IMG/VR virus record: IMGVR_UViG_2541047926_000004
Location: 1 to 48,685 of that record
DNA from: a virus
Lineage: Duplodnaviria; Heunggongvirae; Uroviricota; Caudoviricetes
DNA length: 48,685 bases
Direction: 5' to 3' (one strand)
Made by a program: the position numbers and the translations under genes. Below are positions 19,264 to 29,290 of the stretch, piece by piece (within the stretch, counting starts at the first letter, position 1; each line of letters starts with the position of its first letter). The notes below the pieces were generated by a model. It searched no databases and was not told where the DNA came from. It saw only the letters and a list, made by a program, of their open reading frames with translations.

Positions 19264-20166
19264 ATGCCTAATTGGAGCGACGTACTGGGCGAGATAACGG
19301 CTCTCGCCCATAAAAGTCCTATGGATGAGGTTCGCCGTAAATACTTATCTCAACTTTCGAATCATACTGGAAGAAATGTAATCACATATTACTCAGGGTG
19401 GTTACAGCATGGTGGTGCAGAAGTACGCCATCTTACTCAGATGACTGATGATGATAAGAACGGGTTGATGACAGCCATCAATGGTTTAGATGTATCAAAA
19501 GGGTTGGATTTGATACTTCATACTCCAGGTGGTGATATTGCCGCTTTGGAATCAATCGGGCATTACTTAAGGTCGAAGTTTGGAACTAACATCAGAGCAA
19601 TTGTTCCTATGATTTCAATGTCCTGCGGAACTATGCTTGCATGTTGTGCCAATGAAATCATCATGGGTAAACAGTCCAACATTGGCCCAATTGATCCTCA
19701 GTTCAACGGTTTCTCCACCCATGCCATCATTGAAGAATGGAATCGTGCGCAGACGGAAATTTTTCAAAATCCCGCAGCTGTTCAGATGTGGCAGTTCATT
19801 CTTCAAAAGCTAAACCCGACGATCATCGGCGAGTGTGAGAAAGCAATCAAATGGGCAAATGAGATTGTTAAGCATTGGCTTATGACAGGCATGTTTGATA
19901 ATGATCCTGAGGCAGAATCAAAAGCAACACATGTTTGTTCAGAGTTAAACAACCATCACACAACCTATACCCACTCGCGTCATATTCATTTTGATAAGGC
20001 GCAGAAAATTGGGTTGAATGTTACCGAACTTGAAAGTGATCAAGTACTTCAAGATTTGGTTTTGACTATACATCACAGCTACATGCATTCTTTTGGTGGA
20101 GCACCACTGGCAAAAATCATTGAAAATCATAACGGTAACGCAATGATTTGGAATATCCAGTCTTAA
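19264..20166 (+). CDS. ClpP/S49-like serine peptidase family protein (accessory)
   Basis: 300 aa; LILHTPGGDIAALESIGHYL resembles the ClpP/S49 motif also present in the prohead protease of this prophage (INSPGGDV); candidate Ser in MSCGTM. Confidence 0.55.
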   Translation: MPNWSDVLGEITALAHKSPMDEVRRKYLSQLSNHTGRNVITYYSGWLQHGGAEVRHLTQMTDDDKNGLMTAINGLDVSKGLDLILHTPGGDIAALESIGHYLRSKFGTNIRAIVPMISMSCGTMLACCANEIIMGKQSNIGPIDPQFNGFSTHAIIEEWNRAQTEIFQNPAAVQMWQFILQKLNPTIIGECEKAIKWANEIVKHWLMTGMFDNDPEAESKATHVCSELNNHHTTYTHSRHIHFDKAQKIGLNVTELESDQVLQDLVLTIHHSYMHSFGGAPLAKIIENHNGNAMIWNIQS

Positions 20167-20182
20167 TCCCCCCTGTCTGATT

Positions 20183-20210
20183 CCAGCCTCGCCTATGCGG
20201 GGCTTTTTTA
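20183..20210 (+). terminator. rho-independent terminator
   Basis: Hairpin AGCCTCGC-CTAT-GCGGGGCT followed by TTTTTT. Confidence 0.5.
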
Positions 20211-20317
20211 CGCGTATTGCATACTCAAATCAAACTAGAGTCATTTAGAAGAGAATTCAAAACGGCGGTCGGACCTGTGTTTTCTTATGGGTCCTCCCGG
20301 CGGGGTTGCCTACCACG

Positions 20318-20329
20318 GGGCGGCGCGTG
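20318..20329. other. putative cosN cohesive-end site
   Basis: GGGCGGCGCGTG resembles lambda cosN GGGCGGCGACCT (recalled); about 120 bp upstream of the small terminase gene. Confidence 0.3.
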
Positions 20330-20446
20330 CGCGGAAAACGGCTAGTTTTTGCGATCTAGGGTCATCATCATCATTTATGCAGGTCTTTGATTTGTTTAAA
20401 GTCCGTTTTCGCAAGATGTCGAATCGTTTAAAAAGTGTTCACCATC

Positions 20447-20935
20447 ATGGACCAGGAAATCGCCGCATTAAAACTGAATATCAACCAGCTTGCCGGGATA
20501 ACCGGCGTACACCGTCAGACGGTTGCCGCGAGGTTGAAAAATGTCGAACCTGCGCCAGGCAGCAACAGCAAATTAAAGCTCTATCTGGTTACAGACATTC
20601 TGACCGAACTGATGATCCCCACCGTGTCGACGAATATCGACGATATGGATCCATCCGACAGGCTCGCTCACTGGAAAGCAGAGAACGAGAGGCTGAAGTT
20701 TGAACAAGATACGGGGCAGTTAATACCCGCTGATGAAGTGGCGCGTGAATTCTCATTGATGGCGAAAGCCGTCGTCATGGTACTTGAAACTCTCCCTGAC
20801 ATACTCGAACGCGACTGCGCATTAACGCCGACTGCGGTTTCCCGCGTACAAAACGTTATCGATGACCTGCGCGACCAGATGGCGGAGAGGGCGAAGGACG
20901 CTGAAACAGAGGAGGAAGAGCCAGAGGAGGACTGA
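20447..20935 (+). CDS. terminase small subunit (Nu1-like)
   Basis: HTH LAGITGVHRQTVAARL near N-terminus; acidic C-terminus; immediately upstream of the large terminase. Confidence 0.7.
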   Translation: MDQEIAALKLNINQLAGITGVHRQTVAARLKNVEPAPGSNSKLKLYLVTDILTELMIPTVSTNIDDMDPSDRLAHWKAENERLKFEQDTGQLIPADEVAREFSLMAKAVVMVLETLPDILERDCALTPTAVSRVQNVIDDLRDQMAERAKDAETEEEEPEED

Positions 20936-23037
20936 TGGCAAAGCGGGCATCCGCCAGGGGCATCCGCCGCGATGTTTCCGGTATTTTACGTGCCCCGCGT
21001 CGTATGCCGGTGGCCGATGCGGTCGGTACATATATGCGCGTGCCAATGGGGGCAGGAAACTCAGTTCCATGGGACCCGGATCTTGCACCTTATGTGATTG
21101 AGCCGATGAATTGCCTGTCCTCGCGTGAATACGATGCGGTTGTGTTTGTTGGCCCGGCGCGAACGGGTAAAACCATCGGGCTGATTGACGGATGGATTGT
21201 CTATAACATCGTCTGCGATCCGGCAGATATGCTCGTCATTCAGGTATCAGAGGAAAAGGCGCGCGAGCATTCAAAAAAACGTCTGGACCGTACTTTTCGC
21301 TGCAGCCCTGAAGTTAAAAACCGGTTAAGCCCGAGGCGTAACGATAACAACGTCTACGATCGTACATTCCGCGCCGGTAACTATCTGAAGCTCGGCTGGC
21401 CATCCGTCAATATTATGTCGTCCTCTGACTATAAAAGTGTGGCGCTGACGGATTACGACCGCTTTCCTGAAGATATCGACGGGGAGGGCGACGCTTTTTC
21501 ACTGGCGTCGAAACGTACCACGACATTTATGTCCTCCGGGATGACGCTGGTTGAGAGTTCACCCGGCAGGGATATCAGAGACACAAAATGGCGGCGAACC
21601 ACGCCTCATGAAGCCCCTCCAACTACCGGAATTTTATCACTCTATAACCGTGGCGACCGCCGCCGCCTTTACTGGCCATGCCCGCATTGTGGGGAGTATT
21701 TCCAGCCGGAAATGGACAATATGACCGGGTACCGCGACAGCAGCGATCCCGTACTGGCCAGTGAAGCCGCGTTTCTACAGTGCCCGGCCTGTAAAGGCAG
21801 GATCACACCGGACATGAAGCGTGCGCTGAACATGAAATGTGTCTGGCTGAGGGATGGGCAGAGTATCGACCGTAAAGGTCAGGTAAGTGGTGATGGCCGT
21901 CGTTCCCGTATTGCCTCCTTCTGGATGGAAGGTCCGGCAGCTGCATACCAGACCTGGGCGCAGCTTATTTATAAGTACCTGACCGCCGAGCAGGAATACG
22001 AATCCACGCGCAGCGAAGAAACCCTGAAAACGGTGATCAACACCGATTTCGGCAGACCCTATCTGCCTCGGGCAAGCCTGGAGCAGCGTAAAAGTGAATT
22101 GCTCGAGCAGCGTGCCGAGGATGTTCCAAAACGTTCGGTACCGGACGGCGTGCAGTTTCTCACCGCGACCGTGGACGTGCAGGCCGGGCGCGACCGGCGA
22201 TTTGTAGTGCAGGTTACGGGTTACGGAAGTATGGGTGAGCGCTGGATAATTGACCGTTACAACATACGGTATTCGCTGCGCTGTGACGGCAACGGGGAAA
22301 GCATACAGGTTGATCCGGCAAGCTATCCGGAGGACTGGGATCTTTTGCTCACTGACGTCTTTGAGAAAACGTGGCCTCTGGCATCTGACCCGTCAAAGGG
22401 CATGCGGCTTATGTCGATGGCCGTGGACTCCGGGGGCGAGGACGGTGTAACGGATAATGCCTACAAGTTCTGGCGCAGATGCCGCCGGGAGGGGCTGGGT
22501 AAGCGTATCTATCTCTTCAAAGGTGACAGTGTTCGTCGCAGCAAACTTATCCAGCGAACGTTTCCCGACAACACCGGCAGATCAACACGCCGCGCACAGG
22601 CGACCGGGGATGTGCCTCTTTATCTTCTCCAGACCGATGCCCTTAAAGACCGGGTGAACAATGCGCTGTGGCGTGATTCACCCGGCCCTGGCTATGTGCA
22701 TTTCCCCGCCTGGCTGGGCAGCTGGTTCTATGACGAATTGACATATGAGGAACGCTCGAATGAAGGGAAGTGGAGTAAGCCCGGCCGGGGCGCAAACGAA
22801 GCATTCGACCTGCTCGTTTATGCAGATGCGCTCGCCATCCTTAGTGGATACGAAAAAATTAAATGGCCGTCAGCTCCTGAGTGGGCACGGAGGGAAACGT
22901 GGATCGAGGACACGCAGACGGAAACTGGCGAAGTGCCATCCCCGTCGCCTGCGCCGAAATCTAAATCAAAACCAAAACGTGAGAAGCCCGTAACCGAGCA
23001 GGCTAATCCGTGGTCTTCGTCAGGAGGTTGGGTGTGA
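20935..23037 (+). CDS. A: terminase large subunit (lambda A family)
   Basis: 700 aa; Walker A VGPARTGKT; lambda gpA-like. Confidence 0.95.
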   Translation: MAKRASARGIRRDVSGILRAPRRMPVADAVGTYMRVPMGAGNSVPWDPDLAPYVIEPMNCLSSREYDAVVFVGPARTGKTIGLIDGWIVYNIVCDPADMLVIQVSEEKAREHSKKRLDRTFRCSPEVKNRLSPRRNDNNVYDRTFRAGNYLKLGWPSVNIMSSSDYKSVALTDYDRFPEDIDGEGDAFSLASKRTTTFMSSGMTLVESSPGRDIRDTKWRRTTPHEAPPTTGILSLYNRGDRRRLYWPCPHCGEYFQPEMDNMTGYRDSSDPVLASEAAFLQCPACKGRITPDMKRALNMKCVWLRDGQSIDRKGQVSGDGRRSRIASFWMEGPAAAYQTWAQLIYKYLTAEQEYESTRSEETLKTVINTDFGRPYLPRASLEQRKSELLEQRAEDVPKRSVPDGVQFLTATVDVQAGRDRRFVVQVTGYGSMGERWIIDRYNIRYSLRCDGNGESIQVDPASYPEDWDLLLTDVFEKTWPLASDPSKGMRLMSMAVDSGGEDGVTDNAYKFWRRCRREGLGKRIYLFKGDSVRRSKLIQRTFPDNTGRSTRRAQATGDVPLYLLQTDALKDRVNNALWRDSPGPGYVHFPAWLGSWFYDELTYEERSNEGKWSKPGRGANEAFDLLVYADALAILSGYEKIKWPSAPEWARRETWIEDTQTETGEVPSPSPAPKSKSKPKREKPVTEQANPWSSSGGWV

Positions 23038-23249
23038 ATCCAGCAGATATTCAAAACATGATCGACCGCTACGCTGCAGCCGAGCTGTCTGTTCTGGAGG
23101 GGAAATCAATCACTTTCAACGGGCAGCAGATGACGCTCGAAAACCTGTCGGAAATCAGAAAAGGCCGTCAGGAATGGGAGCGACGACTGGCTACGCTCAA
23201 TAACAAACGCCGCGGGCGACCCGGCTACAGGCTGGCGAGGTTTGGATGA
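23034..23249 (+). CDS. W: head-tail joining protein W
   Basis: GTG preceded by AGGAGG; C-terminus RRGRPGYRLA resembles lambda gpW; track ORF starts at 23010. Confidence 0.7.
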   Translation: MNPADIQNMIDRYAAAELSVLEGKSITFNGQQMTLENLSEIRKGRQEWERRLATLNNKRRGRPGYRLARFG

Positions 23250-24745
23250 GTTTTTTAGATGATGCGATAGGCCTGTTTTCACCAGGCTGGAAAGCCTCAC
23301 GCCTGCGTGCCCGCGCAGTTATTAAGGCGTATGAGGCGGTAAAGCAAACGCGTACCCACAAAGCCCAGAAGGAAAATCGTTCAGCCGATCAGCTCAGCCA
23401 GATGGGGGCGGTTTCACTGAGGCAGCAGGCGCGCTGGCTGGACAACAACCACGATCTGGTGATTGGCGTTTTCGACAAGCTGGAAGAAAGGGTGGTGGGT
23501 GCGAAGGGCATCATAGTTGAACCGCATCCGATGCTGACTAACGGGAAGATAGCTAAAAAGCTGGCCACTGATATCCGCAGAAAGTGGGGCGAATGGTCCG
23601 TAAGACCCGATGTTACAACCCAGTTTACCCGCCCCATGCTGGAGCGGCTGATGCTGCGAACGTGGCTCCGGGACGGTGAGGTATTTGCTCAGCTGGTTCG
23701 CGGTACCGGAAATGGCCTTCAGCCGGTTGCTGGCGTGCCGTTCTGGCTGGAAGCGCTGGAGCCGGACTTCGTGCCGATGAACAGCGATGCCGCCACCCAG
23801 CTCAATCAGGGCGTTTTTGTCGATAACTGGGGGCGCCCGAAAAAATATCAGGTCTATAAAAGCCTGCCAGTATCCGGGCGTCAGTTCGATACCAAAGAGA
23901 TAGATGCAGAAAACATGCTTCATCTCAAATTCACACGACGCCTGCACCAGACCCGCGGAACGTCTCTATTGTCAGGTGTTCTGATGCGTCTGAGCGCGCT
24001 GAAAGAGTACGAGGACTCGGAGCTTACCGCTGCCAGAATTGCTGCCGCACTCGGCATGTATATCAAAAAAGGCGACGGACAGAGCTTCGAGTCTGATTCC
24101 AGCAGCGATGACCGCGAGCTGATGATTCAGCCCGGTATGCTCTATGACGAGCTGCAGGCCGGGGAAGAAATCGGGATGATTAAATCCGATCGCCCGAACC
24201 CTAACCTCGAGTCGTTTCGTAACGGACAGCTGCGTGCCGTGTCCGCCGGCAGTCGCCTCAGCTTTTCCAGCACATCCAGAAACTACAACGGAACGTACAG
24301 TGCCCAGCGGCAGGAGCTTGTCGAGTCAACCGACGGATATCTGATTCTTCAGGACTGGTTCATCGGTTCAGTGACCCGGCCCATGTACCGGGCCTGGCTG
24401 AAGATGGCTATTGCTGCCGGAGAAATCAAGCTGCCGAGAGGCATCGATATGGACTCGCTTTATAACGCGGTTTATTCGGGGCCCGTTATGCCGTGGATTG
24501 ATCCCGTTAAAGAAGCGAATGCCTGGAAAACGCAGATCCGCGGCGGTGCTGCTACCGAATCCGACTGGATACGTGCCAGCGGTCGCAACCCGGATGATGT
24601 TAAGTCACGCCGTAAAGCGGAGGTTGACGAGAACCGTGAACAGGGCCTGGTGTTTGACACCGACCCCGCCAATGATAAAGGAGGCACCAGTGCCGAAGCC
24701 AAAGAACCGGGCGCGCCACCGTCCGAAAGCCAGCGCAAAAAGTAA
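23246..24745 (+). CDS. B: portal protein (lambda B family)
   Basis: 499 aa between W and the head protease. Confidence 0.9.
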   Translation: MSFLDDAIGLFSPGWKASRLRARAVIKAYEAVKQTRTHKAQKENRSADQLSQMGAVSLRQQARWLDNNHDLVIGVFDKLEERVVGAKGIIVEPHPMLTNGKIAKKLATDIRRKWGEWSVRPDVTTQFTRPMLERLMLRTWLRDGEVFAQLVRGTGNGLQPVAGVPFWLEALEPDFVPMNSDAATQLNQGVFVDNWGRPKKYQVYKSLPVSGRQFDTKEIDAENMLHLKFTRRLHQTRGTSLLSGVLMRLSALKEYEDSELTAARIAAALGMYIKKGDGQSFESDSSSDDRELMIQPGMLYDELQAGEEIGMIKSDRPNPNLESFRNGQLRAVSAGSRLSFSSTSRNYNGTYSAQRQELVESTDGYLILQDWFIGSVTRPMYRAWLKMAIAAGEIKLPRGIDMDSLYNAVYSGPVMPWIDPVKEANAWKTQIRGGAATESDWIRASGRNPDDVKSRRKAEVDENREQGLVFDTDPANDKGGTSAEAKEPGAPPSESQRKK

Positions 24746-24758
24746 TTCGTGGTTCCGC

Positions 24759-26705
24759 ATGCAGGCCAGCAATAACAGCGAGGCCGACATTTTTATCTAT
24801 GACGAAATCGGGTACTGGGGCGTAACGGCGAAACAGTTCGTCAATGATCTCCGGGCACTTGGGGACGTCACCCACATCAACCTTTATATCAACTCGCCCG
24901 GTGGTGATGTCTTCGACGGTATTGCTATTTATAACGCGCTGAAGCACCACGGCGCGGCGATTACCGTGCATATCGACGGTCTCGCGGCCTCCATGGCCTC
25001 GGTGATTGCGATGGTAGGCAATCCGGTCATCATGCCTGAAAACACGATGATGATGATCCATAAGCCCTGGGGGTTTGCTGGTGGTGACGCGAGCGATATG
25101 CGCGACTATGCGGATCTTCTCGACAAGGTTGAATCCGTTCTTATCCCGGCTTACGCGCAAAAAACCGGAAAATCCACCGAAGAAATTGCGGCAATGCTGG
25201 AAGACGAAACATGGATGAGCGGCAGCGAGTGCCTTGAACTGGGTTTTGCCGACCAGGTGACTCCATCCCTGCAGGCTATGGCCTGTATCCATTCAAAACG
25301 TATTGAGGAATTTGAAAAAATGCCAAAAAGCATTCGCAACATGCTCACCCCGCCGCGCAATACTACCCAGCGTGACCCGGTTATTACCCAGTCTCAGGCA
25401 CCGCAGGCAAAAACTGACCCGGCGCCGGATGAAAATGCGATCCGCGCGAAGGTGATGGCTGAGCAGAAAGCCCGTGTTAACGCCATCGGTGATCTCTTTG
25501 CCATGTTCGGTAATAAACACATGGAACTGCAAAATCAGTGCGTGGCCGACCCTGATTGTTCCGTTGATAAGGCGAAAGATTTGCTGCTGGCAGAGCTCGG
25601 TAAAACGGCCACGCCATCCAACAAAACCACACAACAGCATATTTATGCGGGCAACGGTAATTTCGTTGCGGATGGTATTCGCCAGGCGCTGATGGCGCGT
25701 GCCGGTTTTGAAGGCCAGGAGCGGGATAACGTTTATAACGGTATGACGCTGCGCGAGTATGCGCGCATGGCCCTGACAGAAAAAGGTATCGGTGTATCCA
25801 GCTACAATCCGATGCAGATGGTTGGCCTAGCGCTGACGCACAGCACCTCTGACTTTGGCAATATTCTGCTGGATGTGGCGAACAAAGCGCTGCTTCAGGG
25901 CTGGGAAGAATCCCAGGAAACCTTCGAACTGTGGACCAAAAAAGGCCAGCTGTCAGACTTCAAAACGGCGCATCGTGTCGGTATGGGTGGTTTCCCTTCT
26001 CTGAGACAGGTTCGCGAGGGGGCGGAGTACAAGTACGTCACTACCAGTGATAAAGGCGAAACCATCGCGCTTGCCACTTATGGTGAAATTTTCTCTGTTA
26101 CCCGCCAGGCGATCATTAACGACGATCTGAACCAGCTCACCGACGTGCCGATGAAGATGGGGCGCGCGGCGAAAGCAACGATTGGCGATCTGGTTTACGC
26201 CATCCTGACCAAAAACCCGAAGCTCTCCGACGGCAAACCGCTGTTCCATGCCGATCACAAGAACCTGAGCGCGGGCGCAATTTCTGTGGCCAGCCTGGAC
26301 GAAGCGCGCAAGCTGATGCGCCTGCAAAAGGAAGGTGAGCGTACCCTGAATATCCGCCCAGCCTACATGCTGGTGCCTGTAGCTCTGGAAACCCTGGCGA
26401 ATCAGACTATCAAGTCGGCCAGTGTTAAAGGTGCTGATATTAATGCCGGCATCGTTAACCCGATCCAAAACTTTGCAGAGGTCATCGCTGAACCGCGTCT
26501 GGATGAAGCGGATGCGAAAGCCTGGTATCTGGCCGCCGCGAAGGGCACCGACACCATCGAGGTCGCTTATCTCAACGGTGTCGATACGCCTTACATCGAT
26601 CAGCAGGAAGGCTTCACCACTGATGGTATCGCCACGAAAGTGCGTATTGATGCCGGTGTGGCGCCGCTGGACCATCGCGGCATGACCAAATCCACTGGTC
26701 AATAA
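24759..26705 (+). CDS. prohead protease (ClpP-like) fused to major capsid protein
   Basis: 648 aa from ATG 24759; N-terminal INSPGGDV protease motif, C-terminal capsid domain; track ORF 24411.. is an upstream extension overlapping the portal. Confidence 0.85.
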   Translation: MQASNNSEADIFIYDEIGYWGVTAKQFVNDLRALGDVTHINLYINSPGGDVFDGIAIYNALKHHGAAITVHIDGLAASMASVIAMVGNPVIMPENTMMMIHKPWGFAGGDASDMRDYADLLDKVESVLIPAYAQKTGKSTEEIAAMLEDETWMSGSECLELGFADQVTPSLQAMACIHSKRIEEFEKMPKSIRNMLTPPRNTTQRDPVITQSQAPQAKTDPAPDENAIRAKVMAEQKARVNAIGDLFAMFGNKHMELQNQCVADPDCSVDKAKDLLLAELGKTATPSNKTTQQHIYAGNGNFVADGIRQALMARAGFEGQERDNVYNGMTLREYARMALTEKGIGVSSYNPMQMVGLALTHSTSDFGNILLDVANKALLQGWEESQETFELWTKKGQLSDFKTAHRVGMGGFPSLRQVREGAEYKYVTTSDKGETIALATYGEIFSVTRQAIINDDLNQLTDVPMKMGRAAKATIGDLVYAILTKNPKLSDGKPLFHADHKNLSAGAISVASLDEARKLMRLQKEGERTLNIRPAYMLVPVALETLANQTIKSASVKGADINAGIVNPIQNFAEVIAEPRLDEADAKAWYLAAAKGTDTIEVAYLNGVDTPYIDQQEGFTTDGIATKVRIDAGVAPLDHRGMTKSTGQ

Positions 26706-26725
26706 AAAACAGTCCTGACAAACAG

Positions 26726-26748
26726 ATGCCCGTAAGGGCTTTTTTTAT
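26726..26748 (+). terminator. rho-independent terminator or attenuator after the capsid gene
   Basis: GCCCGTAAGGGC hairpin followed by TTTTTTT; second hairpin CAGCCCCGCATGGGGCTG follows. Confidence 0.5.
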
Positions 26749-26766
26749 ACCTGAAACCAGCCCCGC

Positions 26767-27114
26767 ATGGGGCTGAATGGAGAAGTTATGGCTAAGAACT
26801 ATGCGCAGGACGGGAAAACGATCCCGCTGGTAAACAGTGGTGCAACCGATATTCAGAGCGGCGACCCGGTTGTTGTTGGAAAACTTATCGCGGTGGCAAT
26901 TACCGATATCCCGGCTGGCGATACCGGGGACGGTTTTACTGAGGGTGTTTTCCTCTTGCCAAAAGTATCCGCAGATGCGGTTACTGCCGGGGCGCAGGTG
27001 TATCTGAAGGACGGCAAAATCCAGACCGATGGAACGGATGCCGTTGCCGCAGGCATCGCCTGGGAAGATGCACCGGCAAACACCACCGTTGTTGAAGTGA
27101 AGATTAATGTCTAA
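26767..27114 (+). CDS. putative head decoration/cement protein
   Basis: 115 aa directly after the capsid gene; assignment by position and size only. Confidence 0.4.
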   Translation: MGLNGEVMAKNYAQDGKTIPLVNSGATDIQSGDPVVVGKLIAVAITDIPAGDTGDGFTEGVFLLPKVSADAVTAGAQVYLKDGKIQTDGTDAVAAGIAWEDAPANTTVVEVKINV

Positions 27115-27382
27115 TCCCTTTGATCGGATGGCGGCTCGCATGGACGCGGCCACCATAAAAAAGATGGGGAAAACGGCTCTGATTAACGGAATCACATACG
27201 ACGTTATCTCTGCTGAGTTGCTTGAAGAGATGGGGCCGTTATCAGGGAATTTACGGTCTCTGGTGGTATTCAGTGGAGATTATACCCCGCGACGAAACGA
27301 TGAAGTGGTTTGGGAAGGCAAAAACTGGACCGTCACACGTCACGAACTGTTTAACGGGAAACCTCGTATCTTCATTGAGTAG
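27107..27382 (+). CDS. FII-like head-tail joining protein
   Basis: 91 aa; position and loose resemblance to lambda FII. Confidence 0.45.
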   Translation: MSNPFDRMAARMDAATIKKMGKTALINGITYDVISAELLEEMGPLSGNLRSLVVFSGDYTPRRNDEVVWEGKNWTVTRHELFNGKPRIFIE

Positions 27383-27631
27383 GAGGGGCTATGTCGATCA
27401 AAGGCCTCGAGCAGGCTATCGCAAACCTCAACAGCATCAGCAAAACGGCCGTTCCACGTGCCTCTGCCCAGTCGGTTAACCGTATTGCCGGGCAGGCCAT
27501 CAACCGAAGCGTTTCTGTCGTTTCGAAATCGACTCGAGTACCTCGAAAACTGGTTAAGCAACGTGCCCGGTTACGGCGGGCTACCGTCAGTAAACCACGC
27601 GCACTTATTCGGGTGAACCGGGGAAATCTCC

Positions 27632-28970
27632 CATAAGCGCTAACTTAAGGGTTGTGGTATTACGCCTGATATGATTTAACGTGCCGATGAATTACTCTCA
27701 CGATAACTGGTCAGCAATTCTGGCCCATATTGGTAAGCCCGAAGAACTGGATACTTCGGCACGTAATGCCGGGGCTCTAACCCGCCGCCGCGAAATTCGT
27801 GATGCTGCAACTCTGCTACGTCTGGGGCTGGCTTACGGCCCCGGGGGGATGTCATTACGTGAAGTCACTGCATGGGCTCAGCTCCATGACGTTGCAACAT
27901 TATCTGACGTGGCTCTCCTGAAGCGGCTGCGGAATGCCGCCGACTGGTTTGGCATACTTGCCGCACAAACACTTGCTGTACGCGCCGCAGTTACGGGTTG
28001 TACAAGCGGAAAGAGATTGCGTCTTGTCGATGGAACAGCAATCAGTGCGCCCGGGGGCGGCAGCGCTGAATGGCGACTACATATGGGATATGATCCTCAT
28101 ACCTGTCAGTTCACTGATTTTGAGCTAACCGACAGCAGAGACGCTGAACGGCTGGACCGATTTGCGCAAACGGCAGACGAGATACGCATTGCTGACCGGG
28201 GATTCGGTTCGCGTCCCGAATGTATCCGCTCACTTGCTTTTGGAGAAGCTGATTATATCGTCCGGGTTCACTGGCGAGGATTGCGCTGGTTAACTGCAGA
28301 AGGAATGCGCTTTGACATGATGGGTTTTCTGCGCGGGCTGGATTGCGGTAAGAACGGTGAAACCACTGTAATGATAGGCAATTCAGGTAATAAAAAAGCC
28401 GGAGCTCCCTTTCCGGCACGTCTCATTGCCGTATCACTTCCTCCCGAAAAAGCATTAATCAGTAAAACCCGACTGCTCAGCGAGAATCGTCGAAAAGGAC
28501 GAGTAGTTCAGGCGGAAACGCTGGAAGCAGCGGGCCATGTGCTATTGCTAACATCATTACCGGAAGATGAATATTCAGCAGAGCAAGTGGCTGATTGTTA
28601 CCGTCTGCGATGGCAAATTGAACTGGCTTTTAAGCGGCTCAAAAGTTTGCTGCACCTGGATGCTTTGCGTGCAAAGGAACCTGAACTCGCGAAAGCGTGG
28701 ATATTTGCTAATCTACTCGCCGCATTTTTAATTGACGACATAATCCAGCCATCGCTGGATTTCCCCCCCAGAAGTGCCGGATCCGAAAAGAAGAACTAAC
28801 TCGTTGTGGAGAATAACAAAAATGGTCATCTGGAGCTTACAGGTGGCCATTCGTGGGACAGTATCCCTGACAGCCTACAAAACGCAATTGAAGAACGCGA
28901 GGCATCGTCTTAACGAGGCACCGAGGCGTCGCATTCTTCAGATGGTTCAACCCTTAAGTTAGCGCTTATG
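27632..28970 (+). mobile_element. IS186 (IS4 family)
   Basis: 1339 bp; terminal inverted repeats CATAAGCGCTAACTTAAGGGTTG; flanked by 10-bp direct duplication GGAAATCTCC (27622..27631 and 28971..28980). Confidence 0.85.
27681..28799 (+). CDS. IS186 transposase
   Basis: 372 aa matching IS186 transposase as recalled. Confidence 0.9.
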   Translation: MPMNYSHDNWSAILAHIGKPEELDTSARNAGALTRRREIRDAATLLRLGLAYGPGGMSLREVTAWAQLHDVATLSDVALLKRLRNAADWFGILAAQTLAVRAAVTGCTSGKRLRLVDGTAISAPGGGSAEWRLHMGYDPHTCQFTDFELTDSRDAERLDRFAQTADEIRIADRGFGSRPECIRSLAFGEADYIVRVHWRGLRWLTAEGMRFDMMGFLRGLDCGKNGETTVMIGNSGNKKAGAPFPARLIAVSLPPEKALISKTRLLSENRRKGRVVQAETLEAAGHVLLLTSLPEDEYSAEQVADCYRLRWQIELAFKRLKSLLHLDALRAKEPELAKAWIFANLLAAFLIDDIIQPSLDFPPRSAGSEKKN

Positions 28971-29290
28971 GGAAATCTCCCCGCCATAAAACTCGGTCCC
29001 GCCAGTGTTCGTCTGTCCCGCAGGAAACGGGATAAGTCGGGTGCAAACAGTGTGCTCAGAATAGGCCCGTTTCGTTTTCCAGGCGCTTTTATCCAGCAAC
29101 TGGCAAATGGTCGATGGCATGTGCTGCGACGCACCACAAAGAACAGGTATCCCATTGAAGTGGTCAGCATTCCCCTGGCTGTTCCCCTTACAGAGGCCTT
29201 CCGTGCTGAGCTACCACGGCTTATGGACGAAAACATGCCAGCAGTTATGCGCCAGAACCTGCAAAACCAACTGAGGTTGATACTCAAACG

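Noticed and set aside
20287-20703. 138-aa plus-strand ORF
   Set aside because: Runs across the putative cos region in a different frame from the small terminase gene; Arg/Gly-rich low-complexity translation
25953-26702. 249-aa minus-strand ORF
   Set aside because: Antisense to the well-supported protease-capsid gene
24411-26705. 764-aa ORF suggesting the capsid gene begins inside the portal gene
   Set aside because: The upstream 116 codons overlap the portal gene in another frame and read as low-complexity sequence; ATG at 24759 sits just after the portal stop and begins the protease motif region
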